A DNA stretch of 64,000 nucleotides, from contig CAVSOU010000014.1 of NCBI GenBank assembly GCA_963729625.1, positions 32,001 through 96,000 on the forward strand, read 5' to 3'. Below the pieces are notes generated by a model, which had not been told where the DNA came from, made no database searches, and saw only the letters and a program-made list of their open reading frames with translations. Shown piece by piece: positions 29,285 to 39,130 of the stretch (positions are counted from its first letter, which is position 1; every line of letters begins with the position of its first letter). The stretch is from an uncultured bacterium. GTDB taxonomy: Bacteria > Chloroflexota > UBA5177 > JANWHV01. The translations under genes and the position numbers were made by a program.

Positions 29285-29878
29285 CTATTTCTTCGGAGGC
29301 GTCGGCGTTCCAAATGGCTCACCGAGGAACGGTGCATTATCCTTAACCAGTCGAATCATGCTGTCTCGCATGCCGGCGGGGAGCATGTTGGTCAACTGTG
29401 GCACGTTCTCCCACAGCCAAACGGCAATCTGGGCCTGATGAACTTGCTTGTTGAAATCCGTAGAGTTGAACTGCGCCAATCCTGCCAGCAGGATCATGCT
29501 CAGCAGTACGCCGCGCGCCAGCCCAAGTGCGAGGCCGCCAACACGGTCGATCCAGCCAAGCATAAGGAACCGTTCGACCCACACGAGCAAGTTGGCCGCA
29601 ATTTCGACGACGATCACAATGGCAACGAACGCAATGAGAAACGCCCATCGACCGTTGATCGCCGGGTGCTGGATTCCTGCCTGTTTGAGAGCCGGGTCAA
29701 TCTGAACCGCCAACTGACCTGCGAATAGCGCTCCAAGGACGATTCCGGCGATCCCTGCTATAGATCGGAGCAGGCCTCGCCAGAGTCCGAAAAGCCCTGA
29801 GACCACGATAATGCCGGTGATCGCCGGGTCCAACCAATCGGAACTAGAATTGGCAGCTGCTGCGGCGTTCAAGATCAC
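29285..29878 (-). CDS. cvpA: CvpA family membrane protein
   Basis: WLD....GLWRGL, LGWIDRVGG..LG..RG. GTG 29878 follows GGAGG; extended -10 TGCTACTAT at 29936-29928. Confidence 0.85.
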   Translation of the reverse strand: MILNAAAAANSSSDWLDPAITGIIVVSGLFGLWRGLLRSIAGIAGIVLGALFAGQLAVQIDPALKQAGIQHPAINGRWAFLIAFVAIVIVVEIAANLLVWVERFLMLGWIDRVGGLALGLARGVLLSMILLAGLAQFNSTDFNKQVHQAQIAVWLWENVPQLTNMLPAGMRDSMIRLVKDNAPFLGEPFGTPTPPKK

Positions 29879-29971
29879 GGCGTATCCTCCGGTAATGGGC
29901 AACCTTGCGCGGCCAAGCCCCAGTCGCATAGTAGCACAGGACGCTGCTCCGAAATAGCCTAACCCCGGACA

Positions 29972-30112
29972 AAGCTATCCGCACGGAGCCGCCCGCCCGC
30001 TGCGGAAGAATGGAAGGGCGATCCATTGGGTACCGCCGGGGTACCTGCCCGAAGGGCGGGTCGTCGCGAGTCGTGGTACCCGGTCCTGCAGCCGGCTGTG
30101 CGTACGGTAGAC
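29972..30112. ncRNA. Unassigned highly structured intergenic RNA candidate
   Basis: Nested complementary segments CTATC/GGTAG, CGCAC/GTGCG, AGCCG/CGGCT, GCTGC-GGA/TCC-T-GCAGC, AATGGA/TCCATT, GGGTACCGC/GTGGTACCC, ACCTGCCC/GGGCGGGT. Confidence 0.4.
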
Positions 30113-30124
30113 ACTTCAGTCTAA

Positions 30125-30158
30125 GCGATGGCCCGCGAAGCGGGTCGCGGGCCATCGC
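30125..30158. terminator. Perfect 14-bp hairpin downstream of padR, probable terminator
   Basis: GCGATGGCCCGCGA-agcggg-TCGCGGGCCATCGC; only a short U-tract. Confidence 0.6.
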
Positions 30159-30250
30159 GTGCTGCGGCCAGTGGGCGCGATGTGACATCATGCTCAAGAT
30201 GTCCACCGAGTTACCGCCGCGGACATCTTCAGCAGGACCGTGCGCCGGTG

Positions 30251-30850
30251 TTACACGTCGGTTGTCGGCGGTGCCGGCGGTGCCGGCGGTGCCGGCGGTG
30301 CCGCCGGCTCGGCAAGAATGCTATAGATCTCCCGACGAGCACGGTCGATCGCATCGCGGAGCCTGGCAAGCCTTGCCGGGTCTCCACTGGATGTTCGGGC
30401 TGCCTGCACGACAGCACGGCCAAATTCGAACACCTCGCGGCCGAACGCCCGAACCTCAGGCGAAGCGCCAAATTCGGGTGGACCCCAGTGGTGGCCGGTT
30501 CGCTCCCGGTTGTGAGACTCCAGGTACTCGCGGCCCTCGTCGGTGATCGAATACACGCGTTTGCCGTCTTCGGTGACAGACCGGACGTAGCCTCGATCCT
30601 CGAGCATCTGCAGTGTGGGATAGACAGAGCCGGGGCTTGGCGAATAGAAGCCCGAGAAGCGGCTCTCGAGCTCCTTGATCATCTCGTACCCGTGCTTCGG
30701 CCGCTCCTTCAGGAGGTCCAGCAGCAGAAACTTGATGTCTCCGCGCCCGAACCGCCGTTCAGGTCCCATGCCAAAACGCCGTCCAAAACCGTTCATCCAG
30801 ATGTACCCCCTCCAGTGCGCTCCGGGCCCGCAGTATGTCGACGCAGTCAT
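30251..30850 (-). CDS. PadR family transcriptional regulator
   Basis: RGDIK..LL.LL.ERP.HGYE.IKEL, PSPGSVYPTLQMLED.G, K.VYSITDEG, ARREIY.ILAE. ATG 30850 follows GAGGAGG. Confidence 0.92.
   Translation of the reverse strand: MTASTYCGPGAHWRGYIWMNGFGRRFGMGPERRFGRGDIKFLLLDLLKERPKHGYEMIKELESRFSGFYSPSPGSVYPTLQMLEDRGYVRSVTEDGKRVYSITDEGREYLESHNRERTGHHWGPPEFGASPEVRAFGREVFEFGRAVVQAARTSSGDPARLARLRDAIDRARREIYSILAEPAAPPAPPAPPAPPTTDV
30267..30302. repeat. 9-bp tandem repeat (GGCGGTGCC)x4 encoding the Pro/Ala tail of PadR
   Basis: Four exact copies read directly from the sequence. Confidence 0.9.
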
Positions 30851-30881
30851 TGCTGATCCCTCCTCGGTACATAGATAGCGA

Positions 30882-30905
30882 CTGCTAGCGATATATCGAT
30901 AGTAG
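30882..30905. promoter_or_regulatory. Candidate PadR operator palindrome
   Basis: CTGCTA-g-CGATATATCG-a-TAGTAG; perfect 10-bp core at 30889-30898, about 40 nt upstream of padR. Confidence 0.6.
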
Positions 30906-31081
30906 ATCCCGTGCGGGTTCAGCGCAAGTACTTGAACTGCAACATGGCGAATGCAGATGGGATGTCGCAAGGATTGGCCACGTCGCTCGCGGCAGAAACC
31001 GTGTACCGTGTAGCGTAATTGCTGGAGCCGGACGGCGCCGGCCGTTTGTTCGTGCGGGACCGACCCTGGAGGACCTGCGGT

Positions 31082-31372
31082 ATGGCACAGACCTTCCGAG
31101 TAGCCTACGTAAAACAACCGGGATCGAACCTGATCATCGTCTTTGTTACGCCGTTCTTTCGCGACCTAACTTTCGACCAACAATGTGTGCTTTCAGACGA
31201 ACTGCAAGCCAGGGCAAAGGCGGCGGGCATGCGAGGCCAGGTTGGGTTCGTCTGGACGGATAGGGACGGGACGATGGGATTTTGGGCGCCCAAGCAGTTC
31301 GATTCGTTCCTGAGCAAGCTCAGTCCGCTGATACTTGCCAAGAGTCTTGACCGCACGCTGACAATCGAATAG
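31082..31372 (+). CDS. Hypothetical small alpha/beta protein (96 aa)
   Basis: RBS GGAGGA; MAQTFRVAYVKQ.G.NLIIV...ELQARA..AG..G.V..VW....G.M.F.AP reads as a globular protein. Confidence 0.7.
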   Translation: MAQTFRVAYVKQPGSNLIIVFVTPFFRDLTFDQQCVLSDELQARAKAAGMRGQVGFVWTDRDGTMGFWAPKQFDSFLSKLSPLILAKSLDRTLTIE

Positions 31373-31421
31373 CGGCCCGAACCGGAGAATCAGGTGATCG
31401 CGCGTGGTGACCGGAGGGCTA

Positions 31422-32660
31422 TCAGCGAGCTCTATGGCTGACTTCCGCCCGCATCGTCCCCCTGCTGGCTACCGTCCGAGAAGCGACGGCGGCAAAGAGT
31501 GTGGGGACGCGGAGATGCGCGAACAACGGTACGAGGGCGGCGGTGATCCAGCAGAGTGTGCCGACCATGCGAGGGCCGATCTCCACGGCACCGATTGTCG
31601 TAGCGCCTGCGACCATCAAGAAACCGGAAAACCACTCTGCCGTTTGGGCGTTGCTCCGGATGGGAATACTCTCCCTGAAATGCAGGAGCGCCAGAGGCCG
31701 GACCAGCGCCCCGACTAGTAGAAGGAGCGCTCCCGGCAGTCGTTGCCAAATGTCAGCCGCAGGAACCAGGAGCATGCCCGTGACCGCGCAGAGCAGAATC
31801 GGACAGTCTAGCGGCCGCAGATCCGGCGACCTGCGACGCTCTACGCGGAGTGCGCGCTGCATGCCGACAACGGGACGAATATCGCCGGCACGCGCGCGCC
31901 ACGCACGCCATAGTCGACGCCAGCACCAGTATGTGGCAAGGCACGCACTGACCAGCGCGAAACTCGCAACACAGTCGAGTACGTAATGGTTCGCCGTAAC
32001 AACTACCGTTGCGACCATGAGGGTTGGGAATAGCAGCGACAGCATACGCTGGTCCCACCTGCGGCCTGCCACAAACAGGCCCAGTCCCGTAACAAGTGCC
32101 CAAACCATATGGATACTGGGCATCGCCGCGTACGGATCGTACCCGCCGAGCTCCCGCAACTCCTGTGCGGACGCGGTCATCATCGTCACGTCTTGCATGC
32201 CGTATGGCTGACCTACAAGCACGAATCGGGGAGGCGCCACGGGATACCATGCCGCGATGAGTATACCGATGAACGTGGCAGCAATCGCGAGAATGCACAG
32301 CCGTGTGAACAGGCGGGGCCTAAACAACAAGACCCAGAGCAGCAGTGAGGCTACCCACGGGACCTGGCCACCGGCATAGATCAGCTTGGACGCCGCCCGG
32401 ACCGCGGTATCGTCAAGCAGGGGGCTGAGCAACGGCGGCCGACCGTGATGCAGTGCGAGATACTGGAGGCGAGGCTCGATCAGGATGCCCAATCGCTGCT
32501 CGAGGCCCACCAGGGCCTCCGCGTGCTCATGCGCCAGAGCAGGCTCTTTCGGCACAGACCTATTGACGCGCCCGTAGAGCTCCAATGCGGCTATCGCCAC
32601 GACAAGGTGCGGAGCCATGCGCGGCAGGTTCGCACTGACGCGCAACAGCCTGTGTCTCAT
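31422..32660 (-). CDS. PAP2_3 (AUR1/IPC-synthase-like) membrane phosphotransferase with extra C-terminal TM domain
   Basis: YPVAPPRF, AAMPSIH, TANHYVLD; ATGA overlap with the upstream paralog. Confidence 0.8.
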   Translation of the reverse strand: MRHRLLRVSANLPRMAPHLVVAIAALELYGRVNRSVPKEPALAHEHAEALVGLEQRLGILIEPRLQYLALHHGRPPLLSPLLDDTAVRAASKLIYAGGQVPWVASLLLWVLLFRPRLFTRLCILAIAATFIGILIAAWYPVAPPRFVLVGQPYGMQDVTMMTASAQELRELGGYDPYAAMPSIHMVWALVTGLGLFVAGRRWDQRMLSLLFPTLMVATVVVTANHYVLDCVASFALVSACLATYWCWRRLWRAWRARAGDIRPVVGMQRALRVERRRSPDLRPLDCPILLCAVTGMLLVPAADIWQRLPGALLLLVGALVRPLALLHFRESIPIRSNAQTAEWFSGFLMVAGATTIGAVEIGPRMVGTLCWITAALVPLFAHLRVPTLFAAVASRTVASRGTMRAEVSHRAR

Positions 32661-34045
32661 GATGCCCTTTCCCGACCAACGGCGCTCAGCGGTTGCCGCA
32701 AGATCGTCGCAGGCGCCGCGTCGGCTTTTGCCACCCGGACACGAGCAATCAGCGGTAGCAGCGCGGCGGCAAGCCAGAGTACGGCACTGCCGAACCGAGC
32801 GTTCGCATCGCCCGCGCCCACACATGTGCTGCCTACTACGAACAGGAAGCCGCAGTACCAGTCGGTCCTGTCAGCACGCGTGCATAGAATGTCACCATGC
32901 TGGATCCGATGCCGAACGACTGGCGGCACGGTGGCCAAGCACACGAGCAAGCCAAGACCGATCGCGCGCTGCGCAGGATCGCTTGAAATGATCAGGATCA
33001 CTGCCATCGTGGCTCCGAGAGCGAGCGGGCGATCCAGGGGGCGCAGATTGGGATTGCTCCGACGCTCATGTACCGGAAATGCGGACGCGAAAGTACGCTT
33101 GTGATTGGCTCTTCGAGGGCGCCGTGCGCAGACCCTCACACGTGCGCGTTCAGCCAGAATGCACGCTACCACGAGCACCACGGACGCGATACAGTCCAGG
33201 ATGTAGTGGTTACCCGTGACGATTACGGTTGGCACCATGGCGGCCGGAAACAACGCGGCCAGGAGCCGTTGCCATGAGGATGTGGCTGCAGCGTACAGGC
33301 CGAGACCGGTCAGCGCTGCCCAGAGCATGTGAGTGCTCGGGAGCGATGCGAAGGGGTCAAACACGGACTGCCGCACGAGCGCCGCTTCTGACTGAAAAGG
33401 ATGAAGCACGTCAACGACCCCATACAGAGGGCCGGTCATGGCAAACCGTGGCGGCGCAACAGCATAGAGTGCGGAGAACGCGATCGCAAGCAACGTGCCG
33501 GCAACGAGTACGTTCCTTATCGGAGCGAACCGCTCTCGATGGAACACGTATAGCCAAAGTAACATCGCCGCCAACCAGTGCAGTTGACTACCTGCATAGA
33601 CCACGCGGACGATCTGCCGGATTGCGCCTCCGTCCAGAAGTCCGGAACCGGCAAGTGAGCCGTGCTGCAACGCAGCCCGCTGCACCGTTCCTTCGACCGC
33701 GATCCCGATGCGGCGCTCCAGGTCGATGAGCGCGGTCGCATGGGCGTGGGCGAGTGCGGTCTGGCGCGGCGCGCGCAGGCTGATGGCGCGATAGAGCTCG
33801 TAGCCACCCAACAGTATGATGACGTTCGGCACCGCCTGCTTGAGGTTCTTGCAGCACGCACACACGAGTGGCATGCGTGATGAGCGTTTGTACGAACGCA
33901 TCTCGCAGTTGCTCTTGCCGCGAGCCAGCAGGCGCGCGATCGCACCGGGGAAGTCTTTCGGGCTTCGACGCTGCGATTCGGTGCCGGCACTCAGCGGCAG
34001 CATTGTTGGCTCGCCCGCGTCGTCCCGCTGCCGAGAGATAGACAC
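32657..34045 (-). CDS. PAP2_3 (AUR1/IPC-synthase-like) paralog with the same C-terminal extension
   Basis: YAVAPPRF, ASLPSTH, TGNHYILD; start uncertain. Confidence 0.8.
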   Translation of the reverse strand: MSISRQRDDAGEPTMLPLSAGTESQRRSPKDFPGAIARLLARGKSNCEMRSYKRSSRMPLVCACCKNLKQAVPNVIILLGGYELYRAISLRAPRQTALAHAHATALIDLERRIGIAVEGTVQRAALQHGSLAGSGLLDGGAIRQIVRVVYAGSQLHWLAAMLLWLYVFHRERFAPIRNVLVAGTLLAIAFSALYAVAPPRFAMTGPLYGVVDVLHPFQSEAALVRQSVFDPFASLPSTHMLWAALTGLGLYAAATSSWQRLLAALFPAAMVPTVIVTGNHYILDCIASVVLVVACILAERARVRVCARRPRRANHKRTFASAFPVHERRSNPNLRPLDRPLALGATMAVILIISSDPAQRAIGLGLLVCLATVPPVVRHRIQHGDILCTRADRTDWYCGFLFVVGSTCVGAGDANARFGSAVLWLAAALLPLIARVRVAKADAAPATILRQPLSAVGRERAS

Positions 34046-34517
34046 CTCAGGGCGTGGCTACATGCGCATCGCGATAAGCGGCCAAGCATGGGCAAGCCAC
34101 GGTTCAAGCAACTCATATCCTGATGCCCAAAACTCCACATTGGTTTCGCGCCGGATACCAGTATCAGTTAACCATGTGTCGAGCCTCAATTGTATTACCC
34201 ATTCGTGTGTTCGCGTTTCAGGGGGACGACAACGACCGCGATGCGCAGCACGTCGCACATGACGCTCGCGCGATCATGGCGGGTGTCAAGCTGCGGAATC
34301 GTGTTTCCGGCAGAGGCGGCCAGGCCATAGCCGAGCTGACGGTCGACAATTTGTGCTTCAGCCGGCCGCGCACAACAGTTCGCGTGCGTCACTCACCCAT
34401 GCCTTCATCCGCAGGGTCAACGTCCTGCCGCGCCTTAAGCAACCCGGCCCGAACCATCGGTTGCTTGTCTCCTCTGTGCCGGTCGGGATTGCTCGGGCGG
34501 GCTCCGTCGACCGCCCG

Positions 34518-35486
34518 TCACTTAATGGCGAGGGCGTTGGCCGGCGATCCTGAGCCGCCGATCTTGTTCAGCGGCGCCGCAGTAAACAATCCCTCGTACA
34601 CCCTGTCCGTAGCGCAATGCTGGGCGAGAGCGTCTAATACGAATAGCTCACCCACCGCGAGGCCCAGGAGTGGGATCATATGATAGTGCAAGAACCCGTC
34701 GACGCTGCGCACATCCGGAGGCAGCGACTCGACCGTGGGGCAGTCTGCCGCAACAGCCGCAAGATGATGATCCCAGAGCCACGCGAGCGTACAGTCCTCT
34801 CGAGAAAGCCCTGGGGCGGGAAAGTACGGCTGCGCCGCCAGCCATTCGCGTGTTGCCGGGGACGTGGTCTCATACCAGCCGATCCAACCAAACCGCAGAA
34901 GCAGAATATCGCCGTCCTCGAGCGACACACCCTGGTATTCCAGCGTGGCGTCGACGTCGTCTACGGTCACGACCACCTGTTGACTGTTGTCGACAGAGCG
35001 GCCTTGGCTCCGATAGTAGGCCTCGACATCGGCCAATACAAATCGCCCGGCGATGCCGCGACGTCCCCAGTTATCGATGCCGTTGCGGCTGCCAGGGCGC
35101 CCGGTGATGTCGTCTATTGTCCGACCGTTATAGTAGCCGTATTCAGGATGGGCCATATGTGATAGCGCGTCCCATTGGCTCGACGCTTGTGGCCAGAAGC
35201 TATCGTAGTGGTCGTCCGTTCCCGGATGGACGATCGGAGCGAGGTCGGTAATTGTGTGTTTTAGGGCGCGCCGGCCAAGGATCGGCGGGTTTGGCATTTC
35301 GAGGTCCCAGTTCAACGAGAAGACACGCCCTTTGCGCACCAGCGCGGCAGCACGGCGCACACGCTCGGGTGTGAGCAGATTGATGGTGCCAACTTCGTCC
35401 TCGGTGCCGAAGACGCCCCACGCCGAGTGGGCCGGTTTCGAAGTATCGATCGGCAGGCTCGCGTAGGTCGGCAGATTTGTGGTCAT
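34518..35486 (-). CDS. Cyclase family (kynurenine-formamidase-like) metal hydrolase
   Basis: WG.FG..DE.GT.NLLT, SSQWDALSH, GDILLLRFG, AVAAD...VE, LH, GEL, GSPANALAI. Confidence 0.85.
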   Translation of the reverse strand: MTTNLPTYASLPIDTSKPAHSAWGVFGTEDEVGTINLLTPERVRRAAALVRKGRVFSLNWDLEMPNPPILGRRALKHTITDLAPIVHPGTDDHYDSFWPQASSQWDALSHMAHPEYGYYNGRTIDDITGRPGSRNGIDNWGRRGIAGRFVLADVEAYYRSQGRSVDNSQQVVVTVDDVDATLEYQGVSLEDGDILLLRFGWIGWYETTSPATREWLAAQPYFPAPGLSREDCTLAWLWDHHLAAVAADCPTVESLPPDVRSVDGFLHYHMIPLLGLAVGELFVLDALAQHCATDRVYEGLFTAAPLNKIGGSGSPANALAIK

Positions 35487-35549
35487 ACCCAACGCAGTAA
35501 CCCTCTCGTCACACTTGTTCTTCTCAACAACGGCGCTTGCCAGAGCGCG

Positions 35550-36338
35550 TCACTCCCGGTAGGCGGACAAAGCGCCAGTAATGTATGCCACGACCTCCTC
35601 GGCTGTGGTGCTCTTCTTCGGGAGATCCGCAACTTTTTGTCCACGGCGGAACACGACAACCCGGTTGCAGACCGACCACAGGTGTTCCATGTTGTGACTG
35701 ACGATGACCATGGCGATGCCGCGTTCGGCCATGCGTTCAATCAGCGACAGAACCTCGCGCGACTCGCGAACCCCCAGAGCCGCGGTGGGCTCGTCGAGCA
35801 GCATGCAGCGTTGACCCCAGAATGCTCCTCGCGCGATTGCCACGGCCTGGCGCTGGCCGCCCGACATCCGGTTGAGCGTGTTGGAGCGAAGGTCCGGAAT
35901 GCTGATGCTCAGCTCGGCAAGCGATGCAGCTGCCGCGGCGGCCATGGCTCGTTTGCGCATGGCAAGAAACGGCCGCATCCACCCCTGATAGACCGTCTCG
36001 CGCCCAAGGAAGAAGTTCTCGGCCACTGTAAACGAGCCCAACAGCGCGAGATCCTGATACACCGTCTCGATACCGTATTGGCGCGCATCGGCCGGCGAGG
36101 CAAGCGTCACCGGGACGCCATTTATAGCGATGTTCCCATGCGTCGGCATATAGACACCGGAGAGGATCTTGACGAAGGTTGACTTACCGGCGCCATTGTC
36201 TCCTACCAGACCCACGATGTCGTGATCCCAAACATCGAGCGAGACGTCATCTAGGGCCTGCACGCCGCCGAAGCGTTTGGAGATCGCGCTCGCGCGCACC
36301 AACGGGAGTGCGCCGGCGGACACATTCTCTTCTACCAT
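35550..36338 (-). CDS. Sugar ABC transporter ATP-binding protein (single domain)
   Basis: GDNGAGKS, VYQDLAL, MSGGQRQ, LLDEPTAALG, SHN. Confidence 0.93.
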   Translation of the reverse strand: MVEENVSAGALPLVRASAISKRFGGVQALDDVSLDVWDHDIVGLVGDNGAGKSTFVKILSGVYMPTHGNIAINGVPVTLASPADARQYGIETVYQDLALLGSFTVAENFFLGRETVYQGWMRPFLAMRKRAMAAAAAASLAELSISIPDLRSNTLNRMSGGQRQAVAIARGAFWGQRCMLLDEPTAALGVRESREVLSLIERMAERGIAMVIVSHNMEHLWSVCNRVVVFRRGQKVADLPKKSTTAEEVVAYITGALSAYRE

Positions 36339-36438
36339 CTGGGTACTCCCGTCTCGGCCTTGAGCGCAAACTGGATAGTCGCGCGTGACGGCGTCGTATC
36401 TCGACCTGGACAGGTCATGTTCGGGTCGTCGCACATGG

Positions 36439-37500
36439 TCATCCGCCTGACCGCGCGTAGCGCCTCCCCAATGTGCTGAGGGCAACGGCTACTACCAGCA
36501 GGCCTCCCGACAACATGTACTGAGCGAACGTCGAGGTACCAACGATAGCCAGCCCGTTGAATCCGACCGCCACGGTGATCACGCCGATGGCCGTCCCTAC
36601 CACGTGGAACTGGCCGTCGCGCAAGGCCGCCGAACCCAGGAAGGCGGCGGCATACGCTTGCAGCATATAGGCGTCGCCGGCGGTTGTGTCTCCACTGCCC
36701 AGGACAGACGCGGTCAAAATGCCGGTGGCGGCCGCGCAGACGCCCGCTATCGCGAAGGCCGCGATGCGCACGCCGTCCACACGGATGCCATAGCGCCGCG
36801 CGATGTCCGGATCGTCGCCTACTGCCCTGAAATGCTGGCTGAAAATCATGACATTAAGCAAGTACCAAGCCAGGGCAAGCACGACGAGCATGATGATGAT
36901 GGGATTCGGAATCCCCAGGGTGCTCCCCAGGCCGATTTGCACGAAGGACTGCGCAGAGGTCTTCAGGTCGACCGGGACGCCACCAGTGTAGGCATAGTTG
37001 AGTCCGACGATCAGCGTTCCGGTGCCCAGCGTAGCAATGAACGCGTTCACACCGAGCTTCGTCACGATGAATCCGTTGATCAGACCTATTACAACGCCCA
37101 ACATCAGCACGACCAGGATAGCCAACGGGATTGGCAGCCCCTGATTCGAGATCAGGCCGACCACCATGACGCACGCGAAGCTGGCGTGATAACCGATGCT
37201 CAAGTCAAAGTTGTTGGTAATAAGCGGCACGGTGAGTCCGGCGGCGATAATCATCGTGGGGGCAAGGTCGGTGATGACGTTGCGGGCGTTGCTAAAGGTG
37301 GCAAACGACGATGGTGCAAGGCTTGAGAAGATGATGATCAAGGTGCCTAAAGCCACGAGCGTGCCATAGGTGCCGAAGAAGGCCAGTAGCTGCAGTCGTA
37401 GCGACAAACGCGACGTTGCGGCCTGGTCAGCACGCGCTTCGGCCCGGCGAGATTGTGAATGTTCCACCGCCGCGTCGGGGACGTCGGCTCCGGACGACAT
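36439..37500 (-). CDS. Sugar ABC transporter permease (RbsC-like)
   Basis: FDLSIG, GLING, FIATLG, AVG.....A...GI.V, AAAFLG. Confidence 0.92.
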   Translation of the reverse strand: MSSGADVPDAAVEHSQSRRAEARADQAATSRLSLRLQLLAFFGTYGTLVALGTLIIIFSSLAPSSFATFSNARNVITDLAPTMIIAAGLTVPLITNNFDLSIGYHASFACVMVVGLISNQGLPIPLAILVVLMLGVVIGLINGFIVTKLGVNAFIATLGTGTLIVGLNYAYTGGVPVDLKTSAQSFVQIGLGSTLGIPNPIIIMLVVLALAWYLLNVMIFSQHFRAVGDDPDIARRYGIRVDGVRIAAFAIAGVCAAATGILTASVLGSGDTTAGDAYMLQAYAAAFLGSAALRDGQFHVVGTAIGVITVAVGFNGLAIVGTSTFAQYMLSGGLLVVAVALSTLGRRYARSGG

Positions 37501-37640
37501 GCCTAGATTCCTTTCACAGCCTGGGACAAGTGGAAGGTCGACGGCCTGAGCCCGCCGCAGGCTCAGGCCGTGTCGATCGGGTGGCGGCCGAGCGCACGAA
37601 TGCCATGCATTCGACGACGCCACACCTGCGTCAGCGCATC

Positions 37641-38609
37641 TTACTTGATCTCAGGGTGGGCCTTGATGAACGAAGCGACGTTGTGCTTCGACACCAACAC
37701 GTAGACTTCTGGTATTGTGACGGGCACCCACTTAGAACCCTTGGCAGTAATAGCCGGAATGGCATCCACTAGCTTGCGACCCGTGCCCTGCAGATCGTGC
37801 CAGAGCGTAGCGGTCATCCAGCCAGCCTGAACCGCCTGCAGCGCGGGTGCGGTAGCGTTGAAGCTATAGACCTTGACACCTGTCCGGCCTGTTTGCTTCA
37901 GCGCCGCGATCGCTCCGAGAGCATTGTCGTCGTAGCAGTTATAGATCGCGAAGTTCTGTGCGCTGGACGCGGGGTTGGCGGCGAGCCAGGACAGCGTAAA
38001 GGACTTGGAGGTTTCCGCCGCGCCAGGAATCCTGATTTCATGTGAAGTCAACTGGATGCCAGGGTATTGCTTGACGGTCTGCTCGAGGTACGTGGCGCGC
38101 TCGAAACAAGGCAACCCAGGATGCCAGGTCAGGTTCAGCACCCTTCCCTTGCCCCCGTTGTCCTTGAGCAGCATGGCCACAACCGGATCGGGCGTGCCAT
38201 CGTCAGTATTCATGGAGATGCCAGGCGCCATGCCCCCGCCCAGCGTCAGCACCGGAATGCCGGCGGACTTGGCTGCGGTCAGCCCCTGGGTCAAGCCTTT
38301 GGAGCTAAAGGTCGTGATGAGAACGGCTGTAACACCCTTCTGCACGAGATCCGTGATCGCGATGTTTCCCTGCGTCAAGCTCCCGTTTGAGTCGATGGTT
38401 TGTACGGCATACCCTTTTGTCTTCGCGTACGCGGTCGTCGCGTAAACCATATTCTGCGTATCTTCATCCGACGCCGACATGGTTACAATGCCGAGCGACA
38501 ACCCGCCCTTGGCCGCAACCTGGTGGGGCGCGGTCGAAATGCCGCCCGCAACTAGCAAGCAAACAGCAACGGTCCTCAATACCGTTCGGCCACTATACAA
38601 TCCAAGCAC
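37641..38609 (-). CDS. Sugar ABC transporter substrate-binding protein (RbsB-like)
   Basis: Signal peptide; class I binding-protein pattern (AK.AGIPV, DDNALGAI.ALK..G...VKV). Confidence 0.88.
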   Translation of the reverse strand: MLGLYSGRTVLRTVAVCLLVAGGISTAPHQVAAKGGLSLGIVTMSASDEDTQNMVYATTAYAKTKGYAVQTIDSNGSLTQGNIAITDLVQKGVTAVLITTFSSKGLTQGLTAAKSAGIPVLTLGGGMAPGISMNTDDGTPDPVVAMLLKDNGGKGRVLNLTWHPGLPCFERATYLEQTVKQYPGIQLTSHEIRIPGAAETSKSFTLSWLAANPASSAQNFAIYNCYDDNALGAIAALKQTGRTGVKVYSFNATAPALQAVQAGWMTATLWHDLQGTGRKLVDAIPAITAKGSKWVPVTIPEVYVLVSKHNVASFIKAHPEIK

Positions 38610-38780
38610 TGTCTCGCCTCCGGCATATGCGTGCCACAGTGCACGCGTTCAATTCAATGGCTGCGTCATTGTTTGCGCTGTCCGTGATGAAATAGCCTCC
38701 ACTTCCTCCTTTCCCTGCTGGCGGAGGCCACATGCACAAAAGGTTGGGAATTCAGCAGGACGCCACCTGGTTCGGCCGAA

Positions 38781-38809
38781 ATCATAACGTTTTCCCAAGG
38801 CCATGTCAA
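38781..38809 (-). promoter_or_regulatory. sigma70 promoter with overlapping LacI-type operator, ABC operon
   Basis: Minus strand TTGACA-tggccttgggaaaacgt-TATGAT (17-bp spacer). Confidence 0.8.
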
Positions 38810-39130
38810 TAGGGTGCGATAGCCCAACCTCGTTGCGATTGCGCGGGGGACGTCGCACATACACGGTGTCAGGGCAGCACGCGGGCAGGCCTTGTCCTGT
38901 GCGCTGGCGTGCACAAGACATGTTCAGTAGCGTCATGCCACACGCGCTTCAGCTCTGGCCTGCGGCAGCTACCGACAGTCGTCCTGGTGATCGACGATTC
39001 AGGGCTGTGCGAGCAGCCCTTGCCCAGGCCCCGGCAACAGTGCGCGTTCCCGCGTGAGGCACAGAGTGATCTGCCAGCTACTCGATTCGCCGGCGCCATC
39101 CGGCTACGGCAGCGTCACCTGCCATTCACG

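Noticed and set aside
29972-30112. SRP RNA or 6S RNA
   Set aside because: No CAGG-GNRA-AGCAG domain IV and no two-sided central bubble.
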